A stretch of DNA of 59,485 nucleotides, counting the filler, from Basidioascus undulatus (taxonomy: Eukaryota), in assembly GCA_000826855.1 (NCBI GenBank). It is 4 parts of 4 records of this genome, joined end to end, with 100 filler letters (N's around TTAATTAATTAA, not from the genome) between each part and the next. Parts side by side here need not be neighbours in the genome. Positions count along the whole stretch, not along the records: positions 1 to 14,803 come from JTLS01000693.1; positions 14,904 to 29,705 come from JTLS01000694.1; 2 more parts are not named here. The stretch is one strand, 5' to 3'. A model generated the notes under the pieces. That model was not told where the DNA came from, did no database searches, and saw nothing but the letters and a program-made list of their open reading frames with translations. How positions within the stretch are numbered: position 1 is the stretch's first letter; each line of letters opens with the position of its first letter. Made by a program: the position numbers and the translations under genes. This document shows positions 12,484-24,419 of this stretch, one piece after another.

Positions 12484-14062
12484 ATGGCACCTCAGAAGCG
12501 CAAGGAGAAGCCCTTCCACTCGCTGTTCGCCGGTGCGACCGCCGGTGCGGTCGAGGGGTTCATCACCGTTGGTCTTCCTCCGTCGCTCGCGAAGCCGGAC
12601 GCTTGCTGACTGGCGAAGTGCGCGCGAGCAGTACCCGACCGAGTTCGTCAAGACGCGGTCGCAGTTCTCCAGCAAGACAGGTGTACCGACGTCTCCGCTG
12701 ACTATCGTCAAGGATACGCTCCGTGACAAGGGCGTCGCTGGGCTGTACAGCGGGTGCGGGGCGCTGGTGGTTGGGAACGCGATCAAGGCGGGTGTGCGGT
12801 TCTTGTCGTATGATTATTTCAAGGCGAAGCTGGCGGACCAGAATGTGAGTAGAGTCTCATGTGTGAGGACAGGCGGAAGGCATGAGTTCTGCAGTGGGTG
12901 GCTGCGAGGGTTGGTGGATCCCGGCTGTACCCTGATGCAGTTTCATGGCGACTCTTGCGCATGTGTTGCCGTGCAAACGAGTGTTCCGAAGTAACCTCGT
13001 TTAGGTGATGCTCACGCTCTACCTCCCCTGAATAGGGCAAGCTGTCAGCGCCTAGATCTCTCCTCGGTTCGTCTCGCTTCACGCAACGCCAGGCCTCGCT
13101 TTTGCACGCTGATACACGAAAAATGCAGCCGGTCTTGGTGCTGGCACCATGGAGGCAATCTTCGCTGTTACCCCGTCCGAGACCATCAAGTGCGTTCTAG
13201 CTCACTGAAAGGTGGTTATCTGGCGAAGGAACTCACAGCAGCCATCTCGCAGGACCAAGCTGATCGACGACGCCAAGTCTGCCTCTCCGAAGTACCGGGG
13301 CCTCGCTCACGGCACGGCAGCTATCATCCGGGAGGAGGGCATCGGCGGCATTTACCGCGGTCTTTTCCCCGTCGTGCGCCGCATCTCCCCTGATCCTGCA
13401 TGCCGCGACAGCTCCCTCTGACGCGGCTTGTTTGCACAGATCATGCGGCAATCAGCCAACTCGGCCGTGCGCTTCACGACCTACTCGACGCTGAAGCAGT
13501 TTGTCCAGGGCAACTCGCGGCCAGGGCAGCAGCTCCCGGGCGCCGTCACGTTCGCGATCGGTGGTATCGCTGGTCTCGTCACCGTCTACACGTACGCATG
13601 TGATCTCCTATTCTCAGAAGCTCACAGCTGATTTTATTTATGACTGCCAGGACTATGCCGTTGGAGTACGTCCTGTTTTGAAGGCTGTCTTCGGGCATGA
13701 TGACTGACAGCATTGCGCTTGCAGCGTTATCAAGACGCGCATGCAGTCCTTGCAGGCTCGGACAGAGTACCGCAACAGCTTCCACTGCGGTTACAGGATC
13801 TTCACGGTGCGTTTCCATAAATTTCTCAAACAGCGCACCTTCGTGTTCGAAGTCTGAACCATGCCCCTACAGGAGGAGGGCGTTACCCGGTTCTGGCGCG
13901 GCACGACGCCTCGCCTGGTCCGCCTTGTGCGTCTATGTCGCCTATCAAACGTCTCCAGTCCCACTCACTGAAGTTCATGATGTTGTACAGATGCTGTCGG
14001 GAGGGATTGTCTTTACGGTTTACGAGAAGGTCATCACGGTGTTGGGAGGCCAGGACATTTGA
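12484..14062 (+). CDS. CTP1: Mitochondrial citrate/tricarboxylate carrier
   Basis: SLFAGATAGAVEGFITYPTEFVKT, GNAIKAGVRFL, VTPSETIKTKLIDD, MRQSANSAVRFTTY, FWRGTTPRLVRL.LSGGIVFTVYEK. Three carrier repeats. Stop 14060-14062. Confidence 0.93.
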
Positions 14063-14598
14063 GCAAGAGCGGGTGGGATACCACTATAGAATTATCTGTC
14101 CGCCTGAGACGGAGCATGGCTCCTCTCGACTGCTGTGGCAGCTGCGAATCGAACTGCGTGCGGCACCGTGAGCCTCGCTGACACTGCTCCTCATCGGGTG
14201 CGTCACCTTGTGGTATTAAGGCAGCCTTTGTCATGAACCGACGTTGTGCTACAAACATTGATGAGAAGGTGCGTAGGCCAGCTGCAAGCGTGACCCACTA
14301 GCGGCTCCAGGAGCGCTGTGGCGTTACAAAACACTGTTGGTAAACTTCAAGAGATGTTAACTTCCATCGCCAATTACCTCGTGTGCCCAGCAAGCAGGTA
14401 CCTTCAGCAGCACCCAATATTTTAGTTCCTTGCTGGAGCGTCCGTCAGGCGTGAGCATGAAATCCGGTTACTGCCTCTGAATCAAGCCAAAATGTGTCTG
14501 GATCTAATTACCTACCGCAAAGTGGTCCCAACTTGTTCAGCCTGCATTCTCGATAGCTGTGCTTCGTCCAGTACAAATGTGAAAGCCAAAAAGAAAAG

Positions 14599-14604
14599 AA
14601 AAAA
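14599..14604 (-). terminator. RNA polymerase III T6 terminator of tRNA-Ala
   Basis: A6 on the + strand immediately 3' of the tRNA discriminator base. Confidence 0.85.
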
Positions 14605-14687
14605 TGGACATATCCGGAATTGAACCGGAGACCTCCTCCACTCAGCCAATGCTAAGAAGGCATGATAAGCCACTACACCATATGCCC
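14605..14687 (-). tRNA. tRNA-Ala(AGC) with 9-nt intron (14641..14649)
   Basis: Reverse complement: GGGCATA acceptor with G3:U70, D arm TGGTGTAGTGG, anticodon stem CCTTC/GGAGG with loop TT-AGC-A[TTGGCTGAG]T, T arm TCCGG-TTCAATT-CCGGA, discriminator A. Confidence 0.96.
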
Positions 14688-14803
14688 TTACTAATATTGA
14701 AGGTTATAGTGACATATGTCGGTTCATCGCTTCGCCGTGGATGCAAGCTGAGTGAACCGTGCAGGGGAGTGACTTCGATGTAGATGCAGCAGTGCCAGCT
14801 CCC

Positions 14804-14903
14804 NNNNNNNNNNNNNNNNNNNNNNNNNNNNNNNNNNNNNNNNNNNNTTAATTAATTAANNNNNNNNNNNNNNNNNNNNNNNNNNNNNNNNNNNNNNNNN
14901 NNN
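14804..14903. other. Artificial contig spacer N44-TTAATTAATTAA-N44
   Basis: 100-bp spacer with a six-frame stop linker. Confidence 0.98.
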
Positions 14904-17900
14904 ACGTTGAGCCGTCCGAGCTTGGCGCCCTTGCCCTCTCCGAGCGCGCCGTCGGAAAGAGCCTGGAGGAAGGTTTCAGAAGTGTGAGTGTCACGGTGTG
15001 TTGCCAAAAGTGAAAGGCAGGACGCACCTTCTTCTGCTCTTGCAGGGCGAACATCCTCTGTTCGGCAGCCAACCACGTTCAGCCCGATCCTCATCAGGAT
15101 AATCGAAGGACAGGAGACCTGCCTGCTCGATCGTGTCGGCGATCATGAGCCTGTGGTTGAAGACCTCCTTCGCTTGACCGATGCGGTGGATGCTGAGGCG
15201 GGCAAATATGCATCAGTTCAGGTTCCGACTCTCAAGCTGAACGGTCAGGAACTCACCGGTCGCGGCACTGGTCCCTGGAACAGCAGAAAATCTGATGTGA
15301 ATGCTGAATCCTGGCAGGAATTTGTCATATCTCGAAAAATAAAATTTACTCGGACGCAGCGTTCCAGGCGAGGTCGAGGTTGATCATCCTGCGATGCGGT
15401 GCAGAACAGAGTCAACACGAGGTCAGACTGCGCTCAATGGGATGGCCTTCTACGCACCGGTTCGCCCTCGTCAGGTTCAGGCCCACCCCGCCCGACTTGA
15501 GGGAGAGGAGCATGACCGAGCTGTCGTCGGCCTCCATGAAGTCGGCAACAGCGTCGTTGCGCGCGTTCTTGCTCATCTTGCCGTCGTACTGACATGCGGG
15601 CAAGATGCAAGTCAGACTTCAATCCCAGTGCGAGCGGCGCTGACCTTAAGGACGACCCACGCGAACGAACTTGACGCCTTTGTCCATGAGCAGGTCGGCG
15701 ACGAGGTCCAGCATCGAGACGAAGCCGGAGACGATGATCGTCTTCTCGTCGGGTAAGTCGACCGCCCACTGCTCGAGCAGCTCGAGCAGGCGAAGCTGCG
15801 TATTACCATGTCATGCATTAGCACCGCCCCGCGCGTATACGATTAAATCATGTGCGCACCTGCTTGGTGGACGGAAGCGGCTTCTCCTCGAGGTCATCCT
15901 TCCGAAGGCCAGACGCGTCGCTAGGCTGCTTGCCCTTGCCCTTGGGCTGTGCGTCCCCGCTCGAGTCGTCGGAGAGCACGATCTGAAAAGGATAGAGAGC
16001 TTCAGTTGCTGTGTCTGTTGAAAAGTTGAGACGACAACAGGCGGCACCCTCGCCTTGCCCTTGCCCTTGCCGGCCTTGTCGCCAGCGAACGCGTCATCGT
16101 CCGAGCCCTCCGAGTCGAGGTTGATCGCCTGTATTGGAAAGCAACGTAAGCCCCAGAAGAGTAGAGAAAAGTTTAAATGTGAGCTCTACTTGCTTTGCTC
16201 TTCTTTTTGCGCTGCGCCTTGTCGAGCACGTCCGACACGTCCGGCATCTCCTCGTCTCCGTCGCTGTCCAGCTCGCCGATCTCGTCCTTGTCGAGGTCCA
16301 TGCGGCGCTTCTTGACCTCTGGCTCGAATGCGGAGCCCTTGAAGAGCTCGTTCTTCTTGAGCTTGGAGCGGCACATGGGGCACGGGCGGTCGTCTCCGGA
16401 AATGCCGCCGTCGTCGACGTCGTGACTTTTGAGTGGCGCAGTTAGCGCTTGAAGGTGCTGAAGGTGGAAAGGCGGACATGACTTACCCGCCCATCACAAT
16501 GTGCAGCGGCGTGTTGAAAATCTCGTCAAGGCAGCCGTGGCAGAACGAGTGGCTGTCGTGCGAGCAATCTTTCAGCTCCAAGCCCTTCTTGAGTGCTGTT
16601 GAAGTGCAACGCACCCGCAGACCGTGACCACCTCGTCGGACACTGGCTCGAAGCAGATCGGGCACGCGAGCTCGTCCTCGTCGATGCCCTGCGTCAGAGT
16701 ATGAGTCCCTGGTCAGCCACATTTCTCTCCAAAGGACTGGACTGAAGCTACGCACCTCGTCGTCTGGGTTCTCCAGCATCTCTGCGCGCTTCGCAAAGCG
16801 GTCCTTGACCTTGTTGATCTGCTCGGCGCAAATTGCAAGATACAAATCAGCGGGTGCTATGATGGGAGTTCAAAACAATGAACGCACGAGCTCGGCACTC
16901 ATGACCTTGGTAGCACGCGCGATCTCGGACTGCGCCTGCTCGTGGTTGAGGCCAGTGCTCTCGGCGGTAAACTCGAGGTCTTCCGCGTTGAAGCCGCCCT
17001 TCTCCGCCTTGATCAGGTGCGGGTGCGAGCAGCACTGTCGCAGTCGGGTCAACATGGCCAAGACCGTGGCGTCTTCAAACGAACAAGTCAGCCAAGGACG
17101 ACGGACGATCAACCGAAACATCGAAGTACTAACAGTTCTTCAGAACAGTGCCCTGCTTCAGATAGCGGTTGAAGACCGCCTGGCTGCGAGCCTGGACGAA
17201 GTTGTAGATCTCGCGCTCGGCGTCCGAGAACTCGAGGAGCTCTTCGCTGTAAAAGCAAATGAAAGTGAGTGCGGGAGAAACATGCTGATGGGTGCGGAAA
17301 GTACTAGATGTGCTTCTCTGAACCAGGAAGGACAAGTGAGCAAGAGATTAATGCGTTGATGGATGAGGCACGAACCCGGAAGCGAGACGAGAGGCTTCCC
17401 GTCGAGCGTTGCGTTCTTGAGGCGCCTAAAAAAACACTTTTCACGCAAGAGGTCGGGGAAGAAACAGGTCAATCACTGTGGCAACGGGGGATGAAGGGGA
17501 AGGAGGAAGGTTTCTCACCGTGCGCAGGATTGCTTGAAGGCGCTTCGTCGCGAGCTCCGCGTTCTTCTTCTCTTTCTTCCCGATCTGTAGAGTGGGGGGT
17601 GAGCGTTGGGCAGGATGCGTTTTAGGGGAGTCAACAGACTCACCCGATCGTTGAACTCGCTGTCGAAACAATGCGTCAGTGTCAGAAGCGCAAGTCGACA
17701 TACATGTTAGCACTCAGACACGCACGTCCAGTCCTCCCACTTGCGGAGGCGGATGAACCGAAGGAGAGAGTAGACATCGGTAAGCGTGTTCTAAAATTTA
17801 AGGAAACGGTGTCAAAAGCATTGCCGACTGGCACTCAGGCGGTTCAGCGATCGACGTACGGTGATGGGAGTGCTGCGCGTCGTGAGGGCTCACGTCAGAA

Positions 17901-20900
17901 AGACAAGCGGGAGCCATAAGAATCACTCCCATCAAAACGTACCCAGTGAGGCACCTGCGGGGCAACACGAATGTGAGCTCTCTGAAGATGTGACATGGTC
18001 TGCGTTTGACCTACCAGCGATAGATCGAGTCGAGCTCGATGACAGACTTTGAAGCGCGCGTGTTGCGGTTGCGGATGTTCCTGCATCCCACGCCAGCCTG
18101 TTCAGCATCTGGGGCACCGCGACTTTCATCTTGAGAGGGGAAAAGGACGCACTGCGCCTCGTCGAGGATAACGCGGTACCACTCGAAGCGCGCGAGCGGG
18201 CCACGCTTCTTCTTGCGCTCCTCCTCCTCCTCCTCCGAGTCGTGCTCGATGAAGCCGTCGGAGTCCTCTTCCGAGTCGGTCGCGAAGGGCGCCTTCTTCT
18301 TGGGCTTATTCTTCCCCTTCTTCTTCTCCTGCGGGATCTCGGAAACGAGGGTGCCGTAGGTGGTGAGGACGCTGCGAGGGTACGACGTTCTTTGATGAGT
18401 GTCGCCGTGCGGTTGCGGTGATAAGCGAAGAATGCACAAGTCGTAACGACTGATCTCCTTCACGGTCTTCAACTTGTTCTGCCCATGATGGACGTAAACC
18501 TTGAACAGGCCCTGCAAACGTTGACGCTGGTTATCGACTGCGGCACAACCCGGAATGAGGTCAGACTCGCCTTCTCCGTCTTGTTCTTGATTTCGGAACG
18601 CCACTTGAAAGTAAAAGAGAAAGATAGTCGGAGCGTGAGTTCTCGCTTCAGGGGCAACATCAGCAACCGAGCGACGAACCTGGTCGAGGAGAGCCAGCGG
18701 CGCGATGATGAGCGTCGTCTTGCGCTTCGGGTCGTCGCTGCGATTGAGGACGCAGGTAGCGAGCATCTCAACGTCCTCAAGAAGCAGATCAGCACGCATC
18801 TGTAGCGTCGAGGGAAGGAGACCAAGCGCACCTGAACCGTCTTCCCCAGACTGCGGCGGAGTGGTTGCGGGTCAGAAAAGCGCCGGTTGGGAAAGAAGCA
18901 GGTGACCTTACCCCATGTCATCGGCGAGCTGCGAGCGGAAAAAAAAATGCACAATTTAGTATTGATCTGCCGATCAAAGATAACGGAAGAGCTCACGATT
19001 CCGCCTTTCGCCTTCTTCGGGTCGCGCTCCTGCTTGAGCATCCAAGCGACGCCGATGAGCTGCGAAGCCACTCACGTCAGCTGCAGGAAATCCTGGGGAA
19101 ATTGCGACGGCGTACCTGGTGAGGCAGAAGCTGGATGCGAAGCCCTTCGATCTTGTCATCGCGGCTGGCAAGGCCGATCTCCGTCGCCGAGTCGTTGACG
19201 GTTGCGTTGGAGGCAAAGTCGTTGATGGCGCTCTGGTAGAAGTCCGACAGTCTGCACAAAACCCATCGAACAGGTTAGCCAACCGAAACCCAGACAGAGA
19301 AAAAAGGAGGGGTAGGGGAAGGGCTGGGACGCACTCGTCCTTGGTGCGGTGCGTCGGCATCGCGAGCGCCAAGTCCTCGTCATCTTCGAGGCCTGCACGC
19401 GCCCTCTTGCGGGCCTCGGCGTCGAGGCGCTGCTGAGCAGCGATCTGGTCCATCCACGCCTGCGAGCGCAGTTCGGCGGCAGCGGCAGTGGGCGGGTTGG
19501 AGCCGGTGACGATACGCTGAGGGTCATACGCTTCGTACCTCTCGAGCTGATCGAGCACGGTCCCGGCGAGGGCGGGGATGCCTGGGCCGGTGGACCTCGA
19601 TGGTCCCGCGACGGCGGGCTCGGTCTTGGCCCAGGCAGCGGGCACGGGGAACCCGCCGCGGAGGGCCTGCTCCTCCTCCTTGCGCTTCTCGGCGGCGCTC
19701 ATTTTGAGCTGGGGTGGTCCGCCCTGTTTCAAGACGTATGGCGCGCGGACGATCCCCGTCATGCGGACCTTAAGGAGCCAAGCGTTGCGGTGCGCGAGGC
19801 GGTCAACCGCAGCGCGACGAAGGTGAACGTCGGTGGTGGAGCTGTGGGATGGCATCGTATCAACGTGGCAGGTCAAGAGGAGATGAAAGAAAGGGGACGC
19901 ACCGAGAAAGCCTGGCGATCTCGGCGCTGTTCTGCGCATACTCAGAACGGGCCGCGTCCTTGTTGGCCTGGAGCGTGATGGCGTCCATGGGGTGGCCGTA
20001 TTGCAGCGGCTTAATCTGCTCGACCGGAGAGGGGATAGGGGACGAGTTGGCCGCGTCTGTGAAGATCGCACATTTGAATGAGTTCATCATGTCAGGGCGC
20101 AGCGGACAACAAAGAGGCGACATACCGCTCTGGACAGCGACCTTCTTCGCGCTCGGCCCGACCTCGACCTCGTCGTCCGAGTCGATCTCGAACGTGCGCT
20201 TGGGGCCGACCTTCTGCGGCGTCGCGGCAGGCGACAAGATCAACATCGTATTGCTGCTAGCATCGTCGCCGGCTGCAATGAAAGACTCTTCCCGTGAGTC
20301 GTTGCGTGCTCGACTGGGCGGAAGGGCCGCATTGCGAGGCGTCACAGGGTACGAGGTCCGGAGAGCAAACTTCGACGGCTTGGAGGAGAATGACGATCCA
20401 CAGAGGGAAGTTGGGATGGTGAAGGACGGGGACTTGGAGGAGAAGGGAGAAGGATAAGACCGGCGCGCTGGAGACTGCGCGGGATGGGGGACCGGAGGCC
20501 GGCGTTTGCCGGGCGTGATAGCCACAAGCGTCCGGCGGGACGACGACGCAGACGAAGATGCCGACGAAGAAAAAGAGGAGTGTTGGGAAGATTGAGACGG
20601 CCGCGGCTTACCACGCGGGGGCTGCAAAGCGCGTGCATGTTTTAACGTCAGCACAGAATCATGCGAGCCCTACATAGACTGAAATCAACGCACCTCAGCC
20701 TTCGCGCGCTCGGCAACACACTGCTTGTGGCCCGAGTGGGAGTTGCAGTGGTCTGTGTAGAAGGACTGCGTAAGCGATGTGCGTCCAAGACGAGGAGCTT
20801 GGACAATGCAAGACCGAAGACGCATCCTGGGCTGCGCCACCTCGAAGCGCGCCTCGCCGAGCCCTCGACGCATCCGCATAAGCGAAAGAGAAAAAGTAGA

Positions 20901-21291
20901 AACAACTCACCTTCGTACTTGCCGAACTGCCCGAACCCTTCGTTCTTGCCGCCCAGGGCAACGTCCGGGTGCGCGTCGAGAACGACGTCCATGAAGCACG
21001 CGTCCTCGAGGCAGGTCACGGTGCCGTCTGTCCACGCGCTTTCAGCATATGCGCTCTGAAGAGAGAACTGGAGAAGTTGAACGTACATCCATTTCCCTCT
21101 CCGAGAGAGACGATGAAGATGTTGTCGTGAGGGTGCTTCTCGAGGAAGCGACGCAGCTGCGGATACGCCCCGTCGCGCTCAGCGCCGCCTTCCGCGACAG
21201 CCACAACACCCACGACCCTCCTCAGCTCCTCACCTCTTGGAGATAGTGGGGTGAGATAGTACCCTGAGCAGGTATACAGACATAAGCTCAT
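14904..21291 (-). CDS. SNF2-family ATPase with RING finger (Rad5/Rad16/Uls1-like subfamily); last exons off contig; start uncertain (21291 or 21395)
   Basis: LLPHQLIGVAWM, LADDMGLGKTVQ (split by intron), TLIIAPLALLDQW, VILDEAQNIRN, LTRLRQCCSHPHL, RING (CPICFE..HSFCHGC..CPMCR), LLSLKSGGVGLNLTRANR. Upstream exons splice in frame via an intron ending TTGCAG near 20623. Confidence 0.9.
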
Positions 21292-21863
21292 GCTGCGGGG
21301 AGACACGACGCGTAGAACGGACGACTCACCGTGTCGTCCTCGTCGCGCGAGAGTGTTTTGAGCGCGAGGGCGCGCAGCCCAGCGTCCGACAGCATTGTGT
21401 GCGATCAGGTATGAGAGGTGTATAGGGAACCTTATAGTGTATTTTTCGGAGCGAGCTTGGGTCTCGAGGCTTGTCGAATTGGGTGGCGGTGGTGGTGGTG
21501 AAGGGGCAAGCTGGGTCGTCGAGAGCCCGCAACTGAGGGCACTTTGAACGCGTCGAAAAAAACCTCAAACACTACTGTTGTCTTCCGTTTTCTTTTTTTC
21601 CCTTTTTTCCCGTCAGATCCGCAGGTATCTCTCGCATTCTCCAGAGATGGTTTTACAGAAGCCCAATGTTACATGGCTTGGTTGGTATCTTCGCTCGCAA
21701 CGCGGAAGTCGTCTAGCGTAATGTCGCGAGCGGAAGCTGCCTTCTCCACTTACTGTCGAGTCACCGGTGGACCCGAGACTCGGGGGGAAATAAGACAATG
21801 GGACAGAGCGTCCAGCAACAAATTTGCAGACAGTAGCATCCCAGCAGGTCCCCAGCAAGTCCA

Positions 21864-23072
21864 TCAAGCAGTTTCATTCAGCTTGCCTGCGTCAGGCGGC
21901 GAATCACAAGCCGAGAAACCCCTGGGGACCAGAATGAACAGGAAAGCGCAAAGGACAGCAAGTACCAGCTGGAGACGAATAAGATGCCAGTCTTTACCAA
22001 CCTTTGAAAACAAACGTGATGCCTACCATTGTGCCCGGAAGGATCGTAATGCCGACGAGTGCTGCGACTTCACCGAAGACCAAAGGCCCCACTGCGGCTC
22101 CAAACAATCCCAGACCTGAGTACTTCATTCTCAGCGCATGTTCGAGCTTGAGAATTTGAGAGCTCGTGCACACCCAGGGTGAGTAACACGATCGAGCTCT
22201 TCAGGCTTGTGGGTACTTGACATGCGACGAGGGACAGGATGTTCGGTGTGATGGGCCTTGGGCATGCAAGTTAATGATTCAGCTCAGAAAAAAAGGAGTA
22301 ATTTATGCTTCACTCACCCGATGAAGATTTAGGTAAACGCTAAACTCACTGCGTTCCCAGGGACGCTGTCGACGACCCAAAGCGCAGCGAACAGAGCTGC
22401 GACGAGCATGAGCAATGTAAAGTTGGATAACTTTCCGCCCATGCGATGTGACGGAAGGCGAGCACGACACGACCCAGAGCGATGCCTGTCGGTGATTTGT
22501 AAGCAACCAATCAACAACGAACAAATGCTGCTCCTTTCGCCTACCGCCCCACAATCTTGCAAGAGAGCAGTGCGAGTTCCGCAATCTTTCGTTGAAGGTA
22601 CCGAGCAAAGCTGACCTTCTAGCTCCCACTGAGATGCTCCATCCGGACGACCTTTGATAGATATCAAGTAAGGGACAAGCCAAGCGGTGAGAGTATCCTG
22701 CAGTTCATAAAGCAGGATGATCATGGCATATCCTAGCCTGGAAGCGGAGGTCCCGAACGTCAGTGCACGGACTAGTAGAGTAGTGCTGGAAAGAAGACTT
22801 GCCATGCAACGGAAGACTGAGAGATCTTTTGAGACCTCGCGAAGCGGTATGTATCTCCGAATCCTCTTCTATGGGAATTCCGTATGAGGCGAAGATGAAG
22901 AAGTGGAAGAAGGTGATATCCAATGACAAGCCGCTGTAATGAAGCCTGTCAGCGGACGGGAATGCGGAAAGAATGCTTGCTGAAAGGTGAAATTCATACA
23001 ATTGAACCAGTAGTACGTGTTCCAAGGTATCTCTTCCTTTGCAAGTGCCCCGCTAACAAATGGAGCGCTCAT
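21864..23072 (-). pseudogene. MFS transporter (Bsc6/fucose-permease-like), 3' half of a disrupted gene
   Basis: TM-like segments 'SAPFVSGALAKEEIPWNTYYWF', 'QDTLTAWLVPYLISIKG', 'LLMLVAALFAALWVVDSVPGNAVSLAF', 'GLGLFGAAVGPLVFGEVAALVGITILPG', 'LVLAVLCAFLFILVP'. Frames are broken and the exon ends abruptly at 23072. Confidence 0.65.
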
Positions 23073-23247
23073 ACTTCTGAAACCTTCCTCCAGGCTCTTT
23101 CCGACGGCGCGCTCGGAGAGGGCAAGGGCGCCAAGCTCGGACGGCTCAACGTCGAGGACCTCAAGATGTGCGTTGCGTCCTTCGCGTTCCCTTCTGATGC
23201 AGTCTCCTCACTTGGTCCCGTTGGTCCGCAGGCTGTTCGGCTTCTGA
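23073..23247 (+). repeat. Inverted duplicate of the SNF2 gene 3' end (intron tail, exon, intron, last exon, stop)
   Basis: 23073..23152 is the exact reverse complement of 14904..14983. It continues as ...GRLNVEDLKM|LFGF* (TGA 23245-23247). Confidence 0.92.
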
Positions 23248-24419
23248 ACGCTCCAGAACATTCACCCTTTTTTTCGTTTCTTATACTTCGATTTCCTCCT
23301 TCACACCTTTTCTCGCACGATCCCCCGCAAAGCAATACCTTCCACTCCCTTCGCAACCCTGCAGGTGCACTCAATGACGTTCGCTCCCGCGCATTTGTAC
23401 TTTGACCGTTCTATGTCGTATTACTCTACCGTCGTTCCGAAGGCACGCTTATCGTCCATACACACACCTTTTTCCTGACATTCTGAAAATGGACAGCTGC
23501 ACAACGCCACCCTTTTCCTCACCGCCTCCGCATCCCGCAATTGAGAATGAGAGTCCGGTCAATCATCTCTCATTAAAGGACGGGATTACACAAAAGGACC
23601 AACCACGCTGTTCCACTCTCTCGTCGTTCGGGCCTGGGAGCGCTCACTCTCACGACCGACTCCTGGCAGCAGCTAGAAGACTCCGGGTCCGCGGCCCCTC
23701 TTCCAGCTGTGCCGACCAACTGAAAATCCTTTCAGAAACAGCGGCGCTTAGTATATAAAAATATGTAAGTACCACCATGTGCACATTGTGCTACTCTCGC
23801 GGCCGGTGTGCCAGTTCCGTAGTACGCAGCCGGGTGGAGGCATGTTTCGCCTCACTGAGCTCTTCGCGAGCGTGATTGTAGCGGGACGGACTCCCTGGGA
23901 CTAAAAGTTATTGATGTGGAGCACGTTCTCAGCTCTTATAATACTTCTGGTAGTGGAGAGCGTGGGTAGCCTCACATACAACAGTTTGGTGGCAGTCACA
24001 GAGCAGAGGGTATCAGCAGTAGCCGGTTTTGACCGGTGACCACAGAGGACATCGCAAGCTTCTGGGTCAGTTCCATACAAGCTCTTCACCTTCTGCGCAT
24101 TAATGCATGTGTAGCATACTTAAACTGGTGGTCTCAACAGTCCTTCTTGTAATATTTTGACACAATGACTGCATACCGCTCCGTGTATACTGTAGCGCAA
24201 CAGCAACGTTGAAAGTCTATTATGCAGTGTTCTTTCACCATGTTCCTTGAAGAGTGGCTTTAATAGCGAGGGACCTCAAGGCTCGAAGGCCCGCCTGAAG
24301 CTATCTGGAGCTGTCGTCTTCGGCACGTCCTCATAAAGCATTGAATAGAGAAGGTTTAAAAGTGTCGAGGTCTTAAGAATATACCCTGTTCCGCCCAGCT
24401 CGCTCAACCCGCCCACGTC

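Noticed and set aside
14848..14859. TTAATTAATTAA palindrome repeated three times at ~14.9-kb spacing
   Set aside because: Flanked by exact N44 runs. It is an artificial six-frame stop linker, not a biological repeat.
23760..24400. Coding-like remnants (e.g. ORF 23901..24089)
   Set aside because: Could not be assigned to any family by eye.
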